Source of the DNA: the human T2T-CHM13v2.0 reference genome, Homo sapiens
NCBI RefSeq assembly: GCF_009914755.1
Contig: NC_060928.1
DNA length: 64,000 nt
Strand: one strand, 5' to 3'
A program made the position numbers and the translations under genes. Below, piece after piece: positions 35,795 to 50,698 of this stretch. Every line of letters begins with the position of its first letter. The first letter of the stretch is position 1. A model generated the notes under the pieces. The model saw only the letters and a program-made list of their open reading frames with translations. It did no database searches and had not been told where the DNA came from.

Positions 35795-38119
35795 GTAATA
35801 CTGAACTCTTAACCTACACTACACTGTATTTCAGAGATTGACATGCAAAGAACAATGACAAATGGCAGACAGAAGCTTTTAGCAAGGGGTGTCTTTGACC
35901 ATAACTCTCAAACCTTATGACCCTTAAAAACTGGGATTTTTGGAGCGTGATCTGTTACCTTCTCTATTTCACTTAAACTCTCAGACACACACCAATTCAA
36001 TCTAAGGCAGGTTTTCAATATTATTACACTACAACATCATGGCAGGAAGATGCAGAGATATGCAAAGAAAGACAAAGAAAGTGGGCCCTAGGACTGTTGA
36101 GAAGGACAGGTTAATTGCAAGAGTAGAGGAGAAATGAGAGATAAATTCAAATGGTGCTAGCCATTTAACACAAATTAACTTCATTGATTGGCTGATCTAG
36201 CCTGTTCAGTGTAGGATCTAATAAACAGATTTCTCCTTTGGGAGAAATAAGGAGGAAAATGTTAGGCTAAAGTCTTGAAATCTTCTTTTTCTCTAGAATC
36301 TACAAAGCTGACAATTCTCAAGTCTATACTGCAAACTCAGTCCTCTATTCAGTAGCCTAGAGCTGTATTCTAACTGAACTAACTCTCTCAGTTTGGCTAT
36401 CCCACCATTATATCAAAATTAACTTGTCTAAGTTGAACCTATAATTTTCTTTTAAACCTGTTCTTCTTACAATGATTATCCCTGTCCCTTCTGAAAGCCT
36501 ACCAGTGATCCAGGCACAATGTAAAATTGCCATAGTCTTCCTCCAAGTGGCCTTGTACTGAGGCAAGAGGGACCCTTGCACCGAGTCACACATTTTAGAG
36601 GAGACTGAGCATCACACACACGCACACATACACACACACAGATGCACACACACAATTATAAAGGAAGGTGTGGGCACCTCTGTCACTCTGGATCTTGCAC
36701 TCAGCAGTGGCACAAGGTGAACTGTATAACCATTTTTGTTTTTCTCTTGACTAACTAGCACCCTTTAGAATCCATGAGAATGCTTCTCACATCTCTTGTC
36801 CAATAATCTTGAAACAAAAGGGAACATTTCTTAACGCTGAGAAGACGTGGGGATTGTGTCACTACTAACTTCACAGAGAGAACTTGCTGTGGAGAGGTAT
36901 GAAGATTCAGGCTGTGGATGTGCTTAGTTAAATGAAAAGATAAATTAATGAACTTGTCAAATCCTTCTTCAGGGAGCATGACTATAATAAATGTTTGCAA
37001 TAATGAAATATCATTTCCCATTAACACCAAGCATCCATTTTCTTGTTCTCTTCATATCCCAATTTGTAGTTCCAGAGGTCCTCAATAATTAGTATTGTAT
37101 TTCCAAAACTGCTCGATGGAGACTGCAGAACACTTAGCAATAATATATTGTATATGTAATAGTACATATATATGTCCATATATAGAGGTGTAGAGGAAAG
37201 ATATATGAAGCATGATACCAATTATTCACGTTAGCAACCAGATAGAGAGTGAATGCCAAAATTGTACTTAAAATGATTATTTTTATTACAGTTCGCATAT
37301 TACATTTTAATTATAATATATAATTTAAATTATTTTGGAGGAAAAACTCTTCATAAAAATATAAAACAACTTTTACTTATTATATTTACAATTTTGTTGA
37401 AAAGATACTAAATTTATATATTTTAAGTAAAATTACATTTTAGTTTTTAATTCCTTAAATGATTGCTATTATGAAACAAATGCTGACCAAAACACTCAGA
37501 CATGCACAATAATTATTAAATTGAATTGTCTTTGATATTTTACCAACATCATATAATAATCACAGATTAACACTGTGGTTAATTTATTGTTATGAAGCTA
37601 TATTTTTCAAGATAGGAGAATAGAGCATATTTTAGTTGAAAGGCTAATCATTCTATTTATAACGTTTAAAGAATGTCTTTGACTCAGATACTGGCACCTT
37701 GAAATATGTGGGACCAGCCTGGTCTTCATATCCACATCCAATCCTTGTCCTGTTACTAACCCAAGTCCTACTACTCCAGCTCCTAAGTGCTTCTTGAATC
37801 TTCCCCTTTATCTGCCATTTCTTCATTTATATTCTCATGGATTTAACCCAAATGATTACAATAGTCTCCCCTGAACTGGTCTCATTTTCTCCATTCTAAC
37901 TCTCATCAAATCAATTTATCACAATTCAGAAAAGCAATTTTTTCTATAAAATAAACAAGTTGATATAATCATCTTGCTTTAAGTACATAAACAGCCCCCA
38001 ATTATGAATAAAACCTGTACATGTTATCACAACATTCAAGAACGCTGCATGATTGTTATGCTTGGCCCCTTGTAATTTTCTCATATGCCTTATTCCTGGT
38101 CTTATATTCTAGGTCATTT

Positions 38120-39805
38120 TTAATAGACTATTTTTTAAAGCAGTTTTAGGTTCACAGCCAAATTTAATGGGAAGTGCACAGAATTCCTATTATTCCCTGC
38201 CTCCACACATAAACAGCCTCCCCAGATATCAACATCCTGCAGCAGAGTGGTATATTTGTTTTAATCAAGGAACCTACATTGAAACGTTATCTCCCAAAAT
38301 ATATGGTTTATATTAGGGTTCAACTCTGGTGGTGTGCATTCTGTATGTTTTGACACGTTCATAATGATGTATACATGTGTAATGTCAATATATTCACCTT
38401 ATAGTATCATACAGCAGTGTTCCACAAACTTTTTGGCACCAGGGACGGATTTTGTAGAAGACAATTTTTCCGCCGACCAGGTTGCAGTGGGGTGGCATGG
38501 GGATGATTCAAGCACATTACATTTATTGTACACTTTATTTCTATTATTATTACATTGTAATATATAATAAAATAATTATACAACTCACTATAATGTAGAA
38601 TCCGTGGGAGGCCTGAGCTTGTTTTCCTGCAACTGGACAGTCCCATCTGGGGGTGATGGGAGACAGTGACAGATCATCAGACATTAGATTCTCAATAAGG
38701 AGCTCGAAACCTAGGTCCCTTGCATGCACAGTTCACAGTAGGGTTCATGTTCCTATGAGAATCTAATACCACCGCTAATATCACAGGAGGCAGAGCTCAG
38801 GCAGTAATGTGAGTGATGGGGATCAGCTGTAAATACAGATGAATCTTCACTTGCTCACCTGCCACTCACCTCCTGCTGTGTGGCCCTGGCACAGTTCCAA
38901 AAAGCCAGGGACTACATGTACTATTCTGTGGCCCAGGGGTTGAGGACTTCTGTCATACAGAGTAGTTTCACTGCCCTAAAAATCTCTATGCTCCTCCTAT
39001 TCATCCCATCCTTTTCTCTAACCCCTGGAAACCAATGATCTTTTTACTGTCTCCACAGTTTTGCCTTTTCCAGAATGTTATATAGTTGGAATCATATAGC
39101 AAGTAATCTTATAAGATTGGCTTAATTCATTTATAATATACATGTAAGATTCCTACGTGTCTCTTCTGTCTTGCTAGCTCATTTCTTTTTAATGCTGAAT
39201 TACATTCCATTGTCTGGATAAACCATCTATTGAAGGGTATCTTGGTTGCTTCCAAGTTCTGACAATTATGAATATAGCTGCTATAAACATTTGTATATAG
39301 GTTTTCAGACATCAGTTTTCAATTAATTTGTCTAAATAACAAGGAGTGCAATAATTAGAAAGATAAAAATATGCTCAGTTTCATAAGAAACCACCAAACT
39401 GCCTTCTAAAGAGGCCTGTACCATTTTGCATTGTCAGTAGAATGAATAGAGTTCCTGTTGCTCCACATCCTTGTTAGCATTTGGTGTTAGCATTTTGGAT
39501 TTTGACCATTCTAGCAGGTGAGTAGTAGTATCTTGCCATTGTTTTAATTTGTAATTCCCTAATGACATGGATGTTGAGCTTTTCATACGCTTATTTGCCA
39601 TCTGTATATCCTCTTTGGTGAAGTGTCTGTTCAGATGTTTTTCCCATTCTTTAATGTGGTTGTTTATTTTCTTATGTTTTATTTTTAACTGTTCTTTGTA
39701 TATTTTGGATAACAGTCTTCCATCAGATACGTCTTTTACAAATATTTCCTCCCAGTCTGTGTCCTGTCTTTTCATTATCTTGTCAGTGTCTTTTGCAGAG
39801 CAGAA
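38120..39805 (-). mobile_element. L1MC/L1MB-type 3' end, interrupted by MER1A
   Basis: ttaatagactattttt..cagttttaggttcacag; degenerate ORF2 peptide at 39434-39775 (LNRHFTKEDIQMANKRMK). Confidence 0.8.
38415..38952. mobile_element. MER1A (hAT-Charlie) DNA transposon
   Basis: ~538 bp; perfect 8-bp TSD tcatacag at 38407-38414 and 38953-38960. Confidence 0.92.
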
Positions 39806-39849
39806 GTGTCAGTCAGTTCCCTTCAATATTGAAGGAAAAAAAAAACACA

Positions 39850-40155
<306 letters not shown>

Positions 40156-41857
40156 TGCAAAAGACTACTCAGGTCTACGACTTTTTTTCCTTCAATATTG
40201 TCTTAAGTATTCCCAGTCTTTCACCTCACCATAGAAACTTCAGAATCAGTTTGTTGATACCCACATTATAACTTGCTAGGATTTTATGTGGTATTGTGTT
40301 GGATCTATATAACAAGCTGGGAAACTCTGAAATCTTGATAATATTAAGTCTTCCTATCCACAAAATTGGAATAAAATGGAATATATTTTCATGTATTTAC
40401 TTCTTCTTTGATTTCTTTCATGTGACTCTTTTTCTGTCTTTTTAGCACATAAATTATATTTTTCAAAACCTTTTCTTATTGGTTCCCCTAGAATTTGCAA
40501 TGTACATTTACGACTATTATTGTTATACCAAGTTCACTTTCAAATAACACTATACTGCTTCCCAGATAGTACAAGTACCTTATAATAGCGAATTTTTAAT
40601 TCTTCCCTCTCATCTATTGTATCATTGTTGTCATTCATTTTACTTACTCATAGCTATAATTATTGACTATATTGTTGCTATCATTATGTTAACAAAATAT
40701 TATCTTAGATCAATTAAGAATAAGAAAAGGGTTTTTATTTTACCTTCTCTTATTCATTCTCAAATGCTTTTTCTTTCTTTATGTAGATACGTTTCTGACC
40801 TCTGTCGTTTCCCTAATCTCTGAAGAACTTCTTTTAACTTTTCTTACAAGGCAGGTCTACTGGCAACAAATTCCCTCATTTTTGTTCTGAGGAAGTCTTT
40901 ATTTCTCCTTTGCTTTTGAAGGATAATTTCACAGGATACAGAATTCCATGTTGGTGGGTTTTTACTCTCAGCACTTTATTTCACCCCACTCTTCTCTTGC
41001 TTGCATGGTTTCTGAGGAAAAGACTCATAGAATTCTTATCCTTGCTCTTCTATACATAGAAATCCCTCACCCCTGCTTCTCTCAAGATTATTTTCTTTCC
41101 AGATTTTGTCTTTGAATTTATGCTTTGAATATACTACACCTAAGTATAAGGTATTTTTGTTTTTGTTTTGGCATTTATCATTCTTGATGTTCTCTGAGCT
41201 TCCTGGATCTGTGGTTTGGTACCTGATATCAATTTTGGGGAAATTCTTAGTCATTATTTCTTCTATATTTCTATGGTTTCTTTCACTTTTTTTTTCTCCT
41301 GGTATTCCTATTATGTATATTTTACACCTTCTGTTGTTGTCTCGTAGTTCTTATATTCTGTTCGGAGGATTTTTGTTTGTTTGTTTCTCTTTGTTTGTCA
41401 ACTTCAGAAGTTTTGATTGAGATATCCTCAAGATCACTGATTTTTTTTCTCCACCTTGATTAGTCCACCAATGAGCCCATGAAAGGCATTCTTCATTTCT
41501 GTTACAGTTTTGACTTTTAGCATTTATATATATATATTTTAGAATTTCCACCCCTCTACTTAAATTACCTGCCTGTTGTTGCATATTGTCGACTTTTTCC
41601 ATTAGAGTCCTTAGCAAATTTATCATAGTTTTAAAAAATTCCTTGTATGATTATTCCAACATTCCTGCCAAACGAGTCTGATTCTAATGCTCCCTCTATC
41701 CCTTCAAACTTTGTTTTCTGTTTTTATTATGCCTTGTACAAATTATTGAAAGCTGGACATAATGTATTGCATAAAATAAACTAGTGAATATGCTCTTAGT
41801 GCTCTTAGCGAAGTGGTGGTAAGAAGTGGGGAGAGAGAAAGTAGTCTATAGTTCTAT

Positions 41858-43440
41858 TGAGAGGTGACAATGTGCTAGCAGCCCTCGCTTGCTCTCGGCA
41901 CCTCCTCAGGCCACAGCATCCACTCTGGCCTCGCTTGAGGAGCCCTTCAGCCCACGGCTGCACTGTGGGAGCCCCTCTCTGGGCTGGGTGAGGCCAGAAC
42001 CAGCTCCTTCTGCTTGCAGGGAGGTGTGGAGGGAGAGGCACGGGTGGGAAATAGGGCTGCGCGTGGCACTCGCAGGCCAGCATGAGTTCCAGGTGGGTGC
42101 AGGCTCGGCGGGCCCTACACTTGGAGTGGCCAGCCGGCCCCAGACAGTGAGGGGCTCAGCACCCAGGCCAGCAGCTGTGGAGGGTGCGCCAGGTCCCCCA
42201 GCATGGCTGGCCCACACGTGCCATGCTCAAATTCTTGCCGTGTCTCAGCCACCTCCCCACAGGGCAGGGCTCAGGACCTGCAGCCCTCCATGCCCAAGTC
42301 CCCCCACGGTGGGCTCCTGTGTGGCCTGAGCCTCCCTGATGGGCACTACCCCCTGCTCCATGGAGCCCGGTCCCATCGACCGCCCAAGGGCTGAGGAGTG
42401 CAGCCGTGTGGCGTGGGACTGGCAGGCAGCTCCACCCATGGCCCTGGTGCGAGATCCACTAGGCAAAGCCAGCTGGGTTCCTGAGTCGGGTGGAGACTTG
42501 GAGAACTTTTATGTCTAGCCAGAGGATTGTATATGCACCAATCAGCACTCTGTGTCTAGCTCAGGGTTCGTGGATGCACCAATCAGCACTCTGTATCTAG
42601 CTAATCTGGTGGTGACTTGGAGAACTTTTACATCTAGCTAAAGGATTGTAAATGCACCAATCAGAACTCTGTGTCTAGCTAAAAGATTGTAAACGCACTA
42701 ATCAGCACTCTGTGTCTAGCTCAAAGTTTGTGAACACACCAGTCAGTGCTCTGTGACTAGCTAATCAGTGGGGCCTTGGAGGACTTTTGTGTCTAGCTAA
42801 AGGATTGTAAATGCACCAATCAGCACTTTGTGTCTAGCTCAGGGATTGTAAATGCACCAATCAGCACCCTGTCAAAACGGACCAATCAGCTCTCTGTAAA
42901 ACAGACCAATTAGCTCCCTGTAAAATGGACCAATCAGATCTCTGTAAAATGGACCAATCAGCAGGACGTGCGTGGGGCCAGATAAGGGAATAAAAGCAGG
43001 CTGCCCAAGCCAGCAGTGGCAACCCACTTGGGTCCTGTCCACAGTATGTAAGTTTTGTCCTTTCACTCTTTGCAATAAATCTTGCTGCTGCTCACTCTTT
43101 GGGTCCGCACCGCATTTATGAGCTGTAACACTCACCGCAAAGGTTTGCAGCTTCACTCCTGAGGCCAGCGAGACCAGCAAGACCATGAACTCACTGGGAG
43201 GAATGAACAACTCCAGACGTGCCACCTTAAGAGCTTTAACACTCACCGTGAGGTCTGCAGCTTCACTCCTGAAGCCAATAAGACCACGAACCCACCAGAA
43301 GAAAGAAACTCTGAACACATCCAAACATCAGAAGGAACAAACTCCAGACACACCATCTTTAAGAACTGTAACACTCACCGCGAGGGTCTGCAGCTTCATC
43401 CTGGGTTAGTGAGACCAAGAACACACCAATTCTGGACACA
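41858..43440 (+). mobile_element. LTR12 (C/D/E-type) ERV9 solo LTR
   Basis: tgagaggtgacaatgtgctagcagccctcg .. caccaattctggacaca; GC-rich 5' part, tandem ccaatcagc units, U5 repeats; near-TSD ctat/ttat. Confidence 0.93.
42530..43000 (+). promoter_or_regulatory. LTR12 enhancer/promoter array of NF-Y CCAAT boxes
   Basis: About nine intact CCAAT motifs in tandem units, then gataagggaataaaag (GATA and TATA-like); activity not shown. Confidence 0.7.
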
Positions 43441-44489
43441 TTATGATTAGGTATGTCTTGTAGTAAGCCTGTGTGGATAGGGGCCATGACTTTCACAGCT
43501 GCTTCTCAGTTCCCCTCACCCTTAGGTGGGACACGATGTTTAGATTGGGATAGAGTTGGGCTCTGGCAAAACCTCAATAGTTTAAATTCTAGTAAATTAT
43601 TTCCTCTTGACGTCAGGGATTAAGAAGAACAGAATGCTTTGGGCCTATTACATAATAGTTAATTTTTTTCCTCCCTCAACTGAAGGCATGAGGGGATTTT
43701 TCACCAATATCCTCTGTAAGAACCTGATAGGGCTTCTGGAGGTAAAACTCAAAAGTGTGGCCCTGACACCAACCCAAGCCTGGACCCCCTGGCGTTTTAA
43801 ATCTTAGACTTGATTGGCCAGTAATTTGTCAATTCTGTATCTGCTTGTCTGCCTCTCCAGTTTGAAAGACAGCAGTTTGTCTTGTGATCTGAATTATCTG
43901 GTGGATTTAAGAAGAGTTGTATATTTTCAGTTTGTGCAGCATTTTACTGTTAAGAGAAAGTGATATCTTCCAGCCTCCCTCATGATGAAGCAGAAAACTG
44001 CAAATGTTGTTAACTGTTCATTTTCTTAATATGTGCTGGTATGTCTCTTACCTCGAAGCCTTAACACAAGTTACTCTACATAGCTGAGCTTCTCTGCACT
44101 TGCTGCAGCATTCTACAGAAATCTACACTAGGTTACAAGGATTTAGATTGATTTTTGTTATTTTTCCTTGAAGATGGAAGCTGTATACTAAGGCAGTGTC
44201 TATACAAGTCATCAGGACATTATTATTTAAAAAGGAACAGAAAAGCAACCCAAATTAGCTTAGGTTGAAAAAGGAAATCTGTTGGCTCATTTAATAAGAA
44301 AGTACACGTAGTGGTTCTTGCTTCATGCATGACTCCATTCAGAGGTTCCAATGTTATCAATAAAATCCCATCTCCTCATTTTCAAATAGATGATGTCTTC
44401 ATCTCAACAAAGATGGGAGCTCTAGGTTTGCTGTTTCCTTATAGCTAATATTCCTGTAACAGAAGTATCATAGTCCCTTTCCTACCAAC

Positions 44490-44519
44490 ATATATATACA
44501 TATATATATATACACATGC

Positions 44520-44550
<31 letters not shown>

Positions 44551-44562
44551 GAGAGAGAGAGA

Positions 44563-44566
<4 letters not shown>
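44490..44566. repeat. Compound (TA)n(TG)n(TA)n(GA)n microsatellite in the position of an Alu tail
   Basis: Direct reading. Confidence 0.9.
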
Positions 44567-44840
<274 letters not shown>

Positions 44841-46492
44841 CCAATATCTATATTAATCACCTGAAAAGTCCTGGTGCTGTTATTGTTCTCAAAATAAGTT
44901 ATTCTTACAAGCCAACACGGATTATGTTAATTGTGCAGTAGCCAGGAATCTTCCACATGGAGGAGAGGAATTTACCCCAAGGAAAGAATACAGACAAGAT
45001 ATAAAGGTCACACATGATTTCTGTGTTTCTTAACCTAGCAGGGTCTCAAAAAAGGTTCGGATAATGAATTTAGACATCTGAATGGACAATTGAAATTCAT
45101 TATACATAACCACATTTTTATTTACTTTTTGCACATAAAGCTGAAATTCACTGAAAATTTATTAAATCTCACCCAATTTTAGCTTTGCAATAGCCTCTAA
45201 CAAATATATATCCATTAACAGTTAAGAAAAATACAGTGTAAATTAACAACAGCTGTGCCTTTAAAAAATCTTGTTTCTTTTTCCGAAAATTATCTTTAAC
45301 GCAATTCTTATATTGTTTTTACAATTATAAGTTTTTGGAAAAAAAGAGAATTCTTGCCAAAAAGAGAAATATTTTAAAACATTTTGAAAATTGTTTCTAT
45401 TGCTATAGAAACAACCAGACCACCTGCTATTTAAAGAAACACCAATTTTGCAATTGTATCTGCCTTGAATGTGAATTTAATGATCTCTCCATTATTATAA
45501 CTTGATAAGAACCACTTATATTTGTCCAACTCTATTTTGAAGAGTTTAAAACACTTTTGACAATACCAGCTAATAAATTCTTTGTATTGAAGATGTGATT
45601 ATTTTCAGCCACATAGAAAAACTAAAACAACGGAAGAATTTCTGATTTGCTTTATTTACTTATCAACTTGCAGAAAAGACTGAAAGAGGGAGTTGATGTT
45701 ACCACCAGCTGACTCTGTAGTACTCTGCTTGGTCGTAATTTCCTGATTCATTCATTCTAAATATTTATGGAGTGACAGCCTCCAAGGCCGACTCTGTGCT
45801 AGATACCATATTTCTTTACATTCTTTCTAGTTGTCTTCCAATTATTTTCCTTGACCAAAAATCTAGTACAATTCTTGCTATTTGTTTATGCTTCTGTCAT
45901 TTATTATTTACTTTTAAAATTTTGGCAACACATATAACCATATGGAGATGATAAAAATATCCACAGAAAACTTAAAAATTGAACATTTTAGTCAGGCTAT
46001 ACACTGCAACATTTCTAAAATGAACTATTAATATGTACCTATTTTCAATAAAGAACAAATTTTTATTTTGTTGGCTACAAAATTCAAAATGCAACCATTA
46101 AATGTCACGAATGCAAAAAATTAGCAAAAGATCCAAGCAGGTAATTCATGAAAGAAAAAACAAAAATATCCAATTAAAAATAAAAAGCTTAAGCCTCATT
46201 AATAATCAAAGAAAAAAAACAAGTAAAACCAGATGCAATTTCTATTAAGTTGGCAAAACTTTAAAACTGTAATATTATATTATATAAAATAATTGGTGAG
46301 AGAGGCCCTCTTCTATACCAGTGATGGAAACATTTTTGGAAAGCAATTTGGCACGCAAACTGTGAACTTTTACCATTTTTATATTTTTTATATTTTACAG
46401 CCTTTAATTCATAAGTTTTACTTTAAGATAAAATCCCAAGGAAATAATTACAGATTCAAGTAAAGATTTTTGTGCATAATTATCATTATAGC

Positions 46493-46815
46493 TTTATTTT
46501 ATTTATTTATTTATTTATTTATTTACTGAGACGGAGTCTGGCTCTGTTTCCCAGGCTGGAATGCAGTGGCACGATCGATCTTGGCTCACTGCAACCTCTG
46601 CCTCCCGGGTTCAAGCTATTCTTCTGCCTCAGCTTCCTGAGTAGCTGGGGCCACAGGTGCGCACCACCACGCCAGGCTAATTTTTGTATTTTTAGTAGAG
46701 ATGGGGTTTCACCATATTGGCCAGGCTGGTTTTGAACTCCTGACCTCATGATCCGCCTACCTCGACCTCCCAAAGTGCTGGGATTACAGGCAGGCATGAA
46801 CCACCACACCTGGCC
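46493..46815 (-). mobile_element. AluSg-like with (TTTA)n tail
   Basis: tgacctcatgatccgcc; private 4-bp duplications gatcgatc and aggcaggc; near-TSD tatagctttattt/tatagtattattt. Confidence 0.93.
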
Positions 46816-47093
46816 TATAGTATTATTTATAATAGTGATGAGGAAGACAACATTTTCAATTGCCACCATGAGGGAATAGTACATACATGCAGAAAATGGA
46901 GAAATATGTGTTCTTTAAAATTTACTTATGAGTGATTATTATTTACATGAAATTACATTACTATTCAATGCTGTATTAAAAGTAGGACACAAAAATATAC
47001 TAGAGATAAATGTATAGAAGTAAAAAGAGATATAGCTTTGGGGGAGAAACCCCAAATGTCATTATTATCAATGATGATCTCATCATATTTTCT

Positions 47094-47315
47094 GCTGAGG
47101 CAGAAGAATAGCTTGAACCCAGGAGGCAGAGGTTGCAGTGAGCCAAGATCGATCATGCCACTGCATTCTAGCCTGGGAAACAGAACCAGACTCCATCTCA
47201 GTAAATAAATAAATAAATAAATAAATAAAATAAATAAAGCTATAATGATAATTATGCACAAAAATCTTTACTTGCATCTGTAATTATTTCCTTGGGATTT
47301 ATCTTAAAGTAAAAC
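47094..47315 (+). repeat. Inverted copy of 46415-46633 (Alu 3' half, tail and ~75 bp flank)
   Basis: Reverse complement match includes the private gatcgatc and the non-Alu flank gctataatgataattatgcacaaaaatctttacttg..cttgggatttatcttaaagtaaaac. Confidence 0.95.
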
Positions 47316-49149
47316 CATCATTGTTGATGGTTATTTCCTTATTTACATATTTCTAAGTATTACACATTTTCTTCAATTAGTATATATTTGTTTTTAAAAT
47401 ACAGTACAATTTATTTTAAAAAGTAACTTGTGGCTTCTGGCTCAGAGTAGCAGACTAAATACAAATTTTTCTTCCTTTAAATCCTTATAAAAGGACAATA
47501 AAGAATAAAATGTATAAATAAATTTAATAAAGAGGGATGAAAACTTTTGGCCCACAGAATTCATTGCAGATGGAGAAGGGATACAAAAATAGAGGGAGAC
47601 AGTCTTCCAGTTATAACACCTCTGGGTTAATTTATAAAGGGGCTGAAATAATTTCCATCTATACCTACCTACCCCTATAAAATGCAAACCTACATAGTGG
47701 TGGGGTTGGGTGGGGTGGTTTGTTTCTAATGAAACTGAAATGGCTCAATGTGGGTAAACTGGGATGATTGGCATTTGCCCCCAAAGAAAAACTATTCCAC
47801 TTTTGCAATTAGGGAAACTCCAGTTCTCTGCTCACTTATTCTAAAGTGAAGTCTGCCAATTGAAATGCCCCATTTGTAAACCTGACATTACCAGTTATCG
47901 TCAATGTGACAGGATAATCAATAATTACTAGTAATTGAAGAAAAAAACTTACGGCAAGAGAAAGATCAGGATGAATAAATTTCAAAACCTTCTTCAGTGG
48001 AAATATTGATTATCTTGGAATTAAACAGAACTTTAAAAAGTTGACCCACAATCTCACAGATGTTTAAAAAAAGTATTGCAATCCCCAAATAATGACAGGA
48101 CATTATTTGAAATAAAGTACTAAAAATTCATCTATCATAAGACATCAATAGACAATGGCTACAATAGATTAATCGAGAAATATCAATTTAATTTTATAAA
48201 GTAGAGCTACAAGATGAACTAAAAACAGAAAACCAATTAGAAGATTGTAAAATGGTCCTAGTGAAAGAGACTGAAGACAGAAGGAGGTAGAATAGCAGGC
48301 TTGTTTTTAGGTTAAGGTTTTCCTCAATCCTTGAGTTTTTAAACCATGCAGTTGTATTACTTTGTTACAAATTAATGTGTTAAAAATAGAAAAAAAGTGT
48401 TTCAAAATGTTCCTTCTCAAAATAATAAGATTTTTAAACAAAAATCATATTTTGAAATTCACAACTGCTTTAACTTCTGACTCAAATTCTGAGTAGTGAA
48501 AATAGACACGGAAATTCATCTCTGAAGTATTAAATGGAAAGATTTATTTGTTGTTGTCATTGAATTTCTGTAGTCAAATATGTACTATATGTGAGTTAAA
48601 GACTGAAAGGAAACTTTGGAAATTCAAGTTTAGATAAGCCATGTACACGAATAAAATTGTCCAATAATTTTACAAAATATTGACTATGTATGTCATTGCT
48701 AAAGAGTCAATGCCAACAAAAATTAAGTCCTGCTTTAAAAATGTTGAGGCCTTTTCATTACTTCTCTTCTGTCTTTTCTATTCCTGACCTATTTTCATCA
48801 TAATCACATGTTCATATTGCAAGGCATTGGTAATTCTCCAGTCACAATTGAGTCTTGCAGCCTTTAGACTCATAATGCTCCTCAGCTCAATGCCAGGAAG
48901 TCCCTGCTGAGATCAGGCTCTTTGACAGCCAGGATTCTTCAACTAATACAGACTACAAAACAGCTTTGAACAACTTGGGCTTGTCCAGCTTTGACGTTCC
49001 AAAAGAGAAGGCATTACATGTCCCTTCCAGTCCAAATTGCCAAAGAGCCTGGTAGACTGAAGGATCTGAAAGGAAATCAGTTGTCTAGAACATTATGAAA
49101 AAAGGGAAGAACAATGTTTCAAGATCTAATCAATTAAGGCAAGAGCCTG

Positions 49150-49830
49150 TGAATGCTTCTCTGATGTAATCCCAAAAGACTACATAAGTAAAAAGCCCAT
49201 TGGAAAAGGTCAAAGGATATAATTGATTAAACAACTACATCAAAATTGAAAACTCTCCTGTCAAAAATATCAGGAACACAAGTAAAAAGCAAACAATAAA
49301 GTAATAAATTACTTACAGTATACATGACAGAAAAGAACGGGCACTTTACTATATGAAGAGGTCTTACAATTTAATGACAAGAATGTCAGTCAAAAAACAG
49401 GTGAAGAAAAATAATGGATAGTACATACACACACATGCACATATTCATACACACAACAATCATATTTTAAAATACGTGATACGATTAATCATCAAAGAAA
49501 TGAAAATTAACATACAAATGACATGGTATTTTTCACCTCTCAGTTTTTCATTTTTAAAAATAAGATTACTAAGTGGGGCTAAAGTATTACAGAATGTTGA
49601 AACTAATGTTGAAACTGGGGACAGCTAGCAAAACTTTTCCCCGAAGCATTTTGAAAATATATAACAAAAGTTTAAAAATGATTATAACTAGTAGAGTCAT
49701 AAGATTCTACCTAAAAATGCCAAAATGAAGGTTCAAGATTTGTGTATACAGCTGCTCAATATAGTATCATTTCTAATAGTAATGAAGGAGAAATCTACAT
49801 CTCTAACAGAAGAGAAATTACTTAAATAAT
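49150..49830 (+). mobile_element. Old L1ME-type fragment
   Basis: A-rich sense L1 3'-region remnants (aactacatcaaaattgaaaact, atcatcaaagaaatgaaaatt). Confidence 0.5.
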
Positions 49831-49929
49831 TCTGGATAGGTGACTCAAATCACGCAAGCTTTCCAAGCACAATAAATTGCTAAATCTTTTTCATTCAGCC
49901 CTTCTTTTGGGGAGGGAAGTACAAAGGTA

Positions 49930-50150
49930 AGCACATATCATGAGCTTGTACAAGACTACCTAGGTTCAAATCCTAATTCTAAAATTTATAAGCAATTCAC
50001 ATGTTGCATGACCTTCAGCAAATTCAATTTCCTTATCTATAAAACAATGCTAATAGTTCTACTTCGTAGAGTAGTTGAAATTTTTAAATAAATACATATA
50101 AACCCTTAGAATAGTGCCGGGCATATAACACTAATAAACATTAACCATTA
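49930..50150 (+). mobile_element. MIR
   Basis: ggttcaaatcct..gaccttcagcaa..tttccttatctataaaa..cttagaatagtgcc. Confidence 0.65.
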
Positions 50151-50180
50151 TTATTTCTTAATGATTAAATATTAATAATA

Positions 50181-50479
<299 letters not shown>

Positions 50480-50698
50480 TTAATAATAAAAGGGCTTAAT
50501 ATTAACTGACCGACTTACAACTAAAATTATTATCACCTTGTATTATTAATTATAACAGCAGAGGGGCAGTTAGTTGAAAGAGTAAAGGTTTTGAAATCAA
50601 ACAAATGAGGATAAATATGCACAGATAAAATATTTGTTGGGAGGATGTGAAGAAATAATACACTTGACATGCATTTATAGTGACCAAAACGTGATAAT

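Larger units (their letters stand above)
40180..44005 (-). mobile_element. Old L1M (ORF1/5' region) interrupted by LTR12
   Basis: Antisense L1M signatures (aggcaggtctactggcaacaaattccctc, ttttgaaggataatttcacagg); degenerate ORF1-like peptides at 41036-41626. Confidence 0.7.

Noticed and set aside
42500-42960. Regular repeats resembling a CRISPR array
   Set aside because: These are LTR12 tandem CCAAT enhancer units: no unique spacers, no cas genes, and a eukaryotic context.
41805-43409. GC-rich ORF cluster or CpG island
   Set aside because: Lies essentially within the LTR12 element; the ORFs are composition artefacts.
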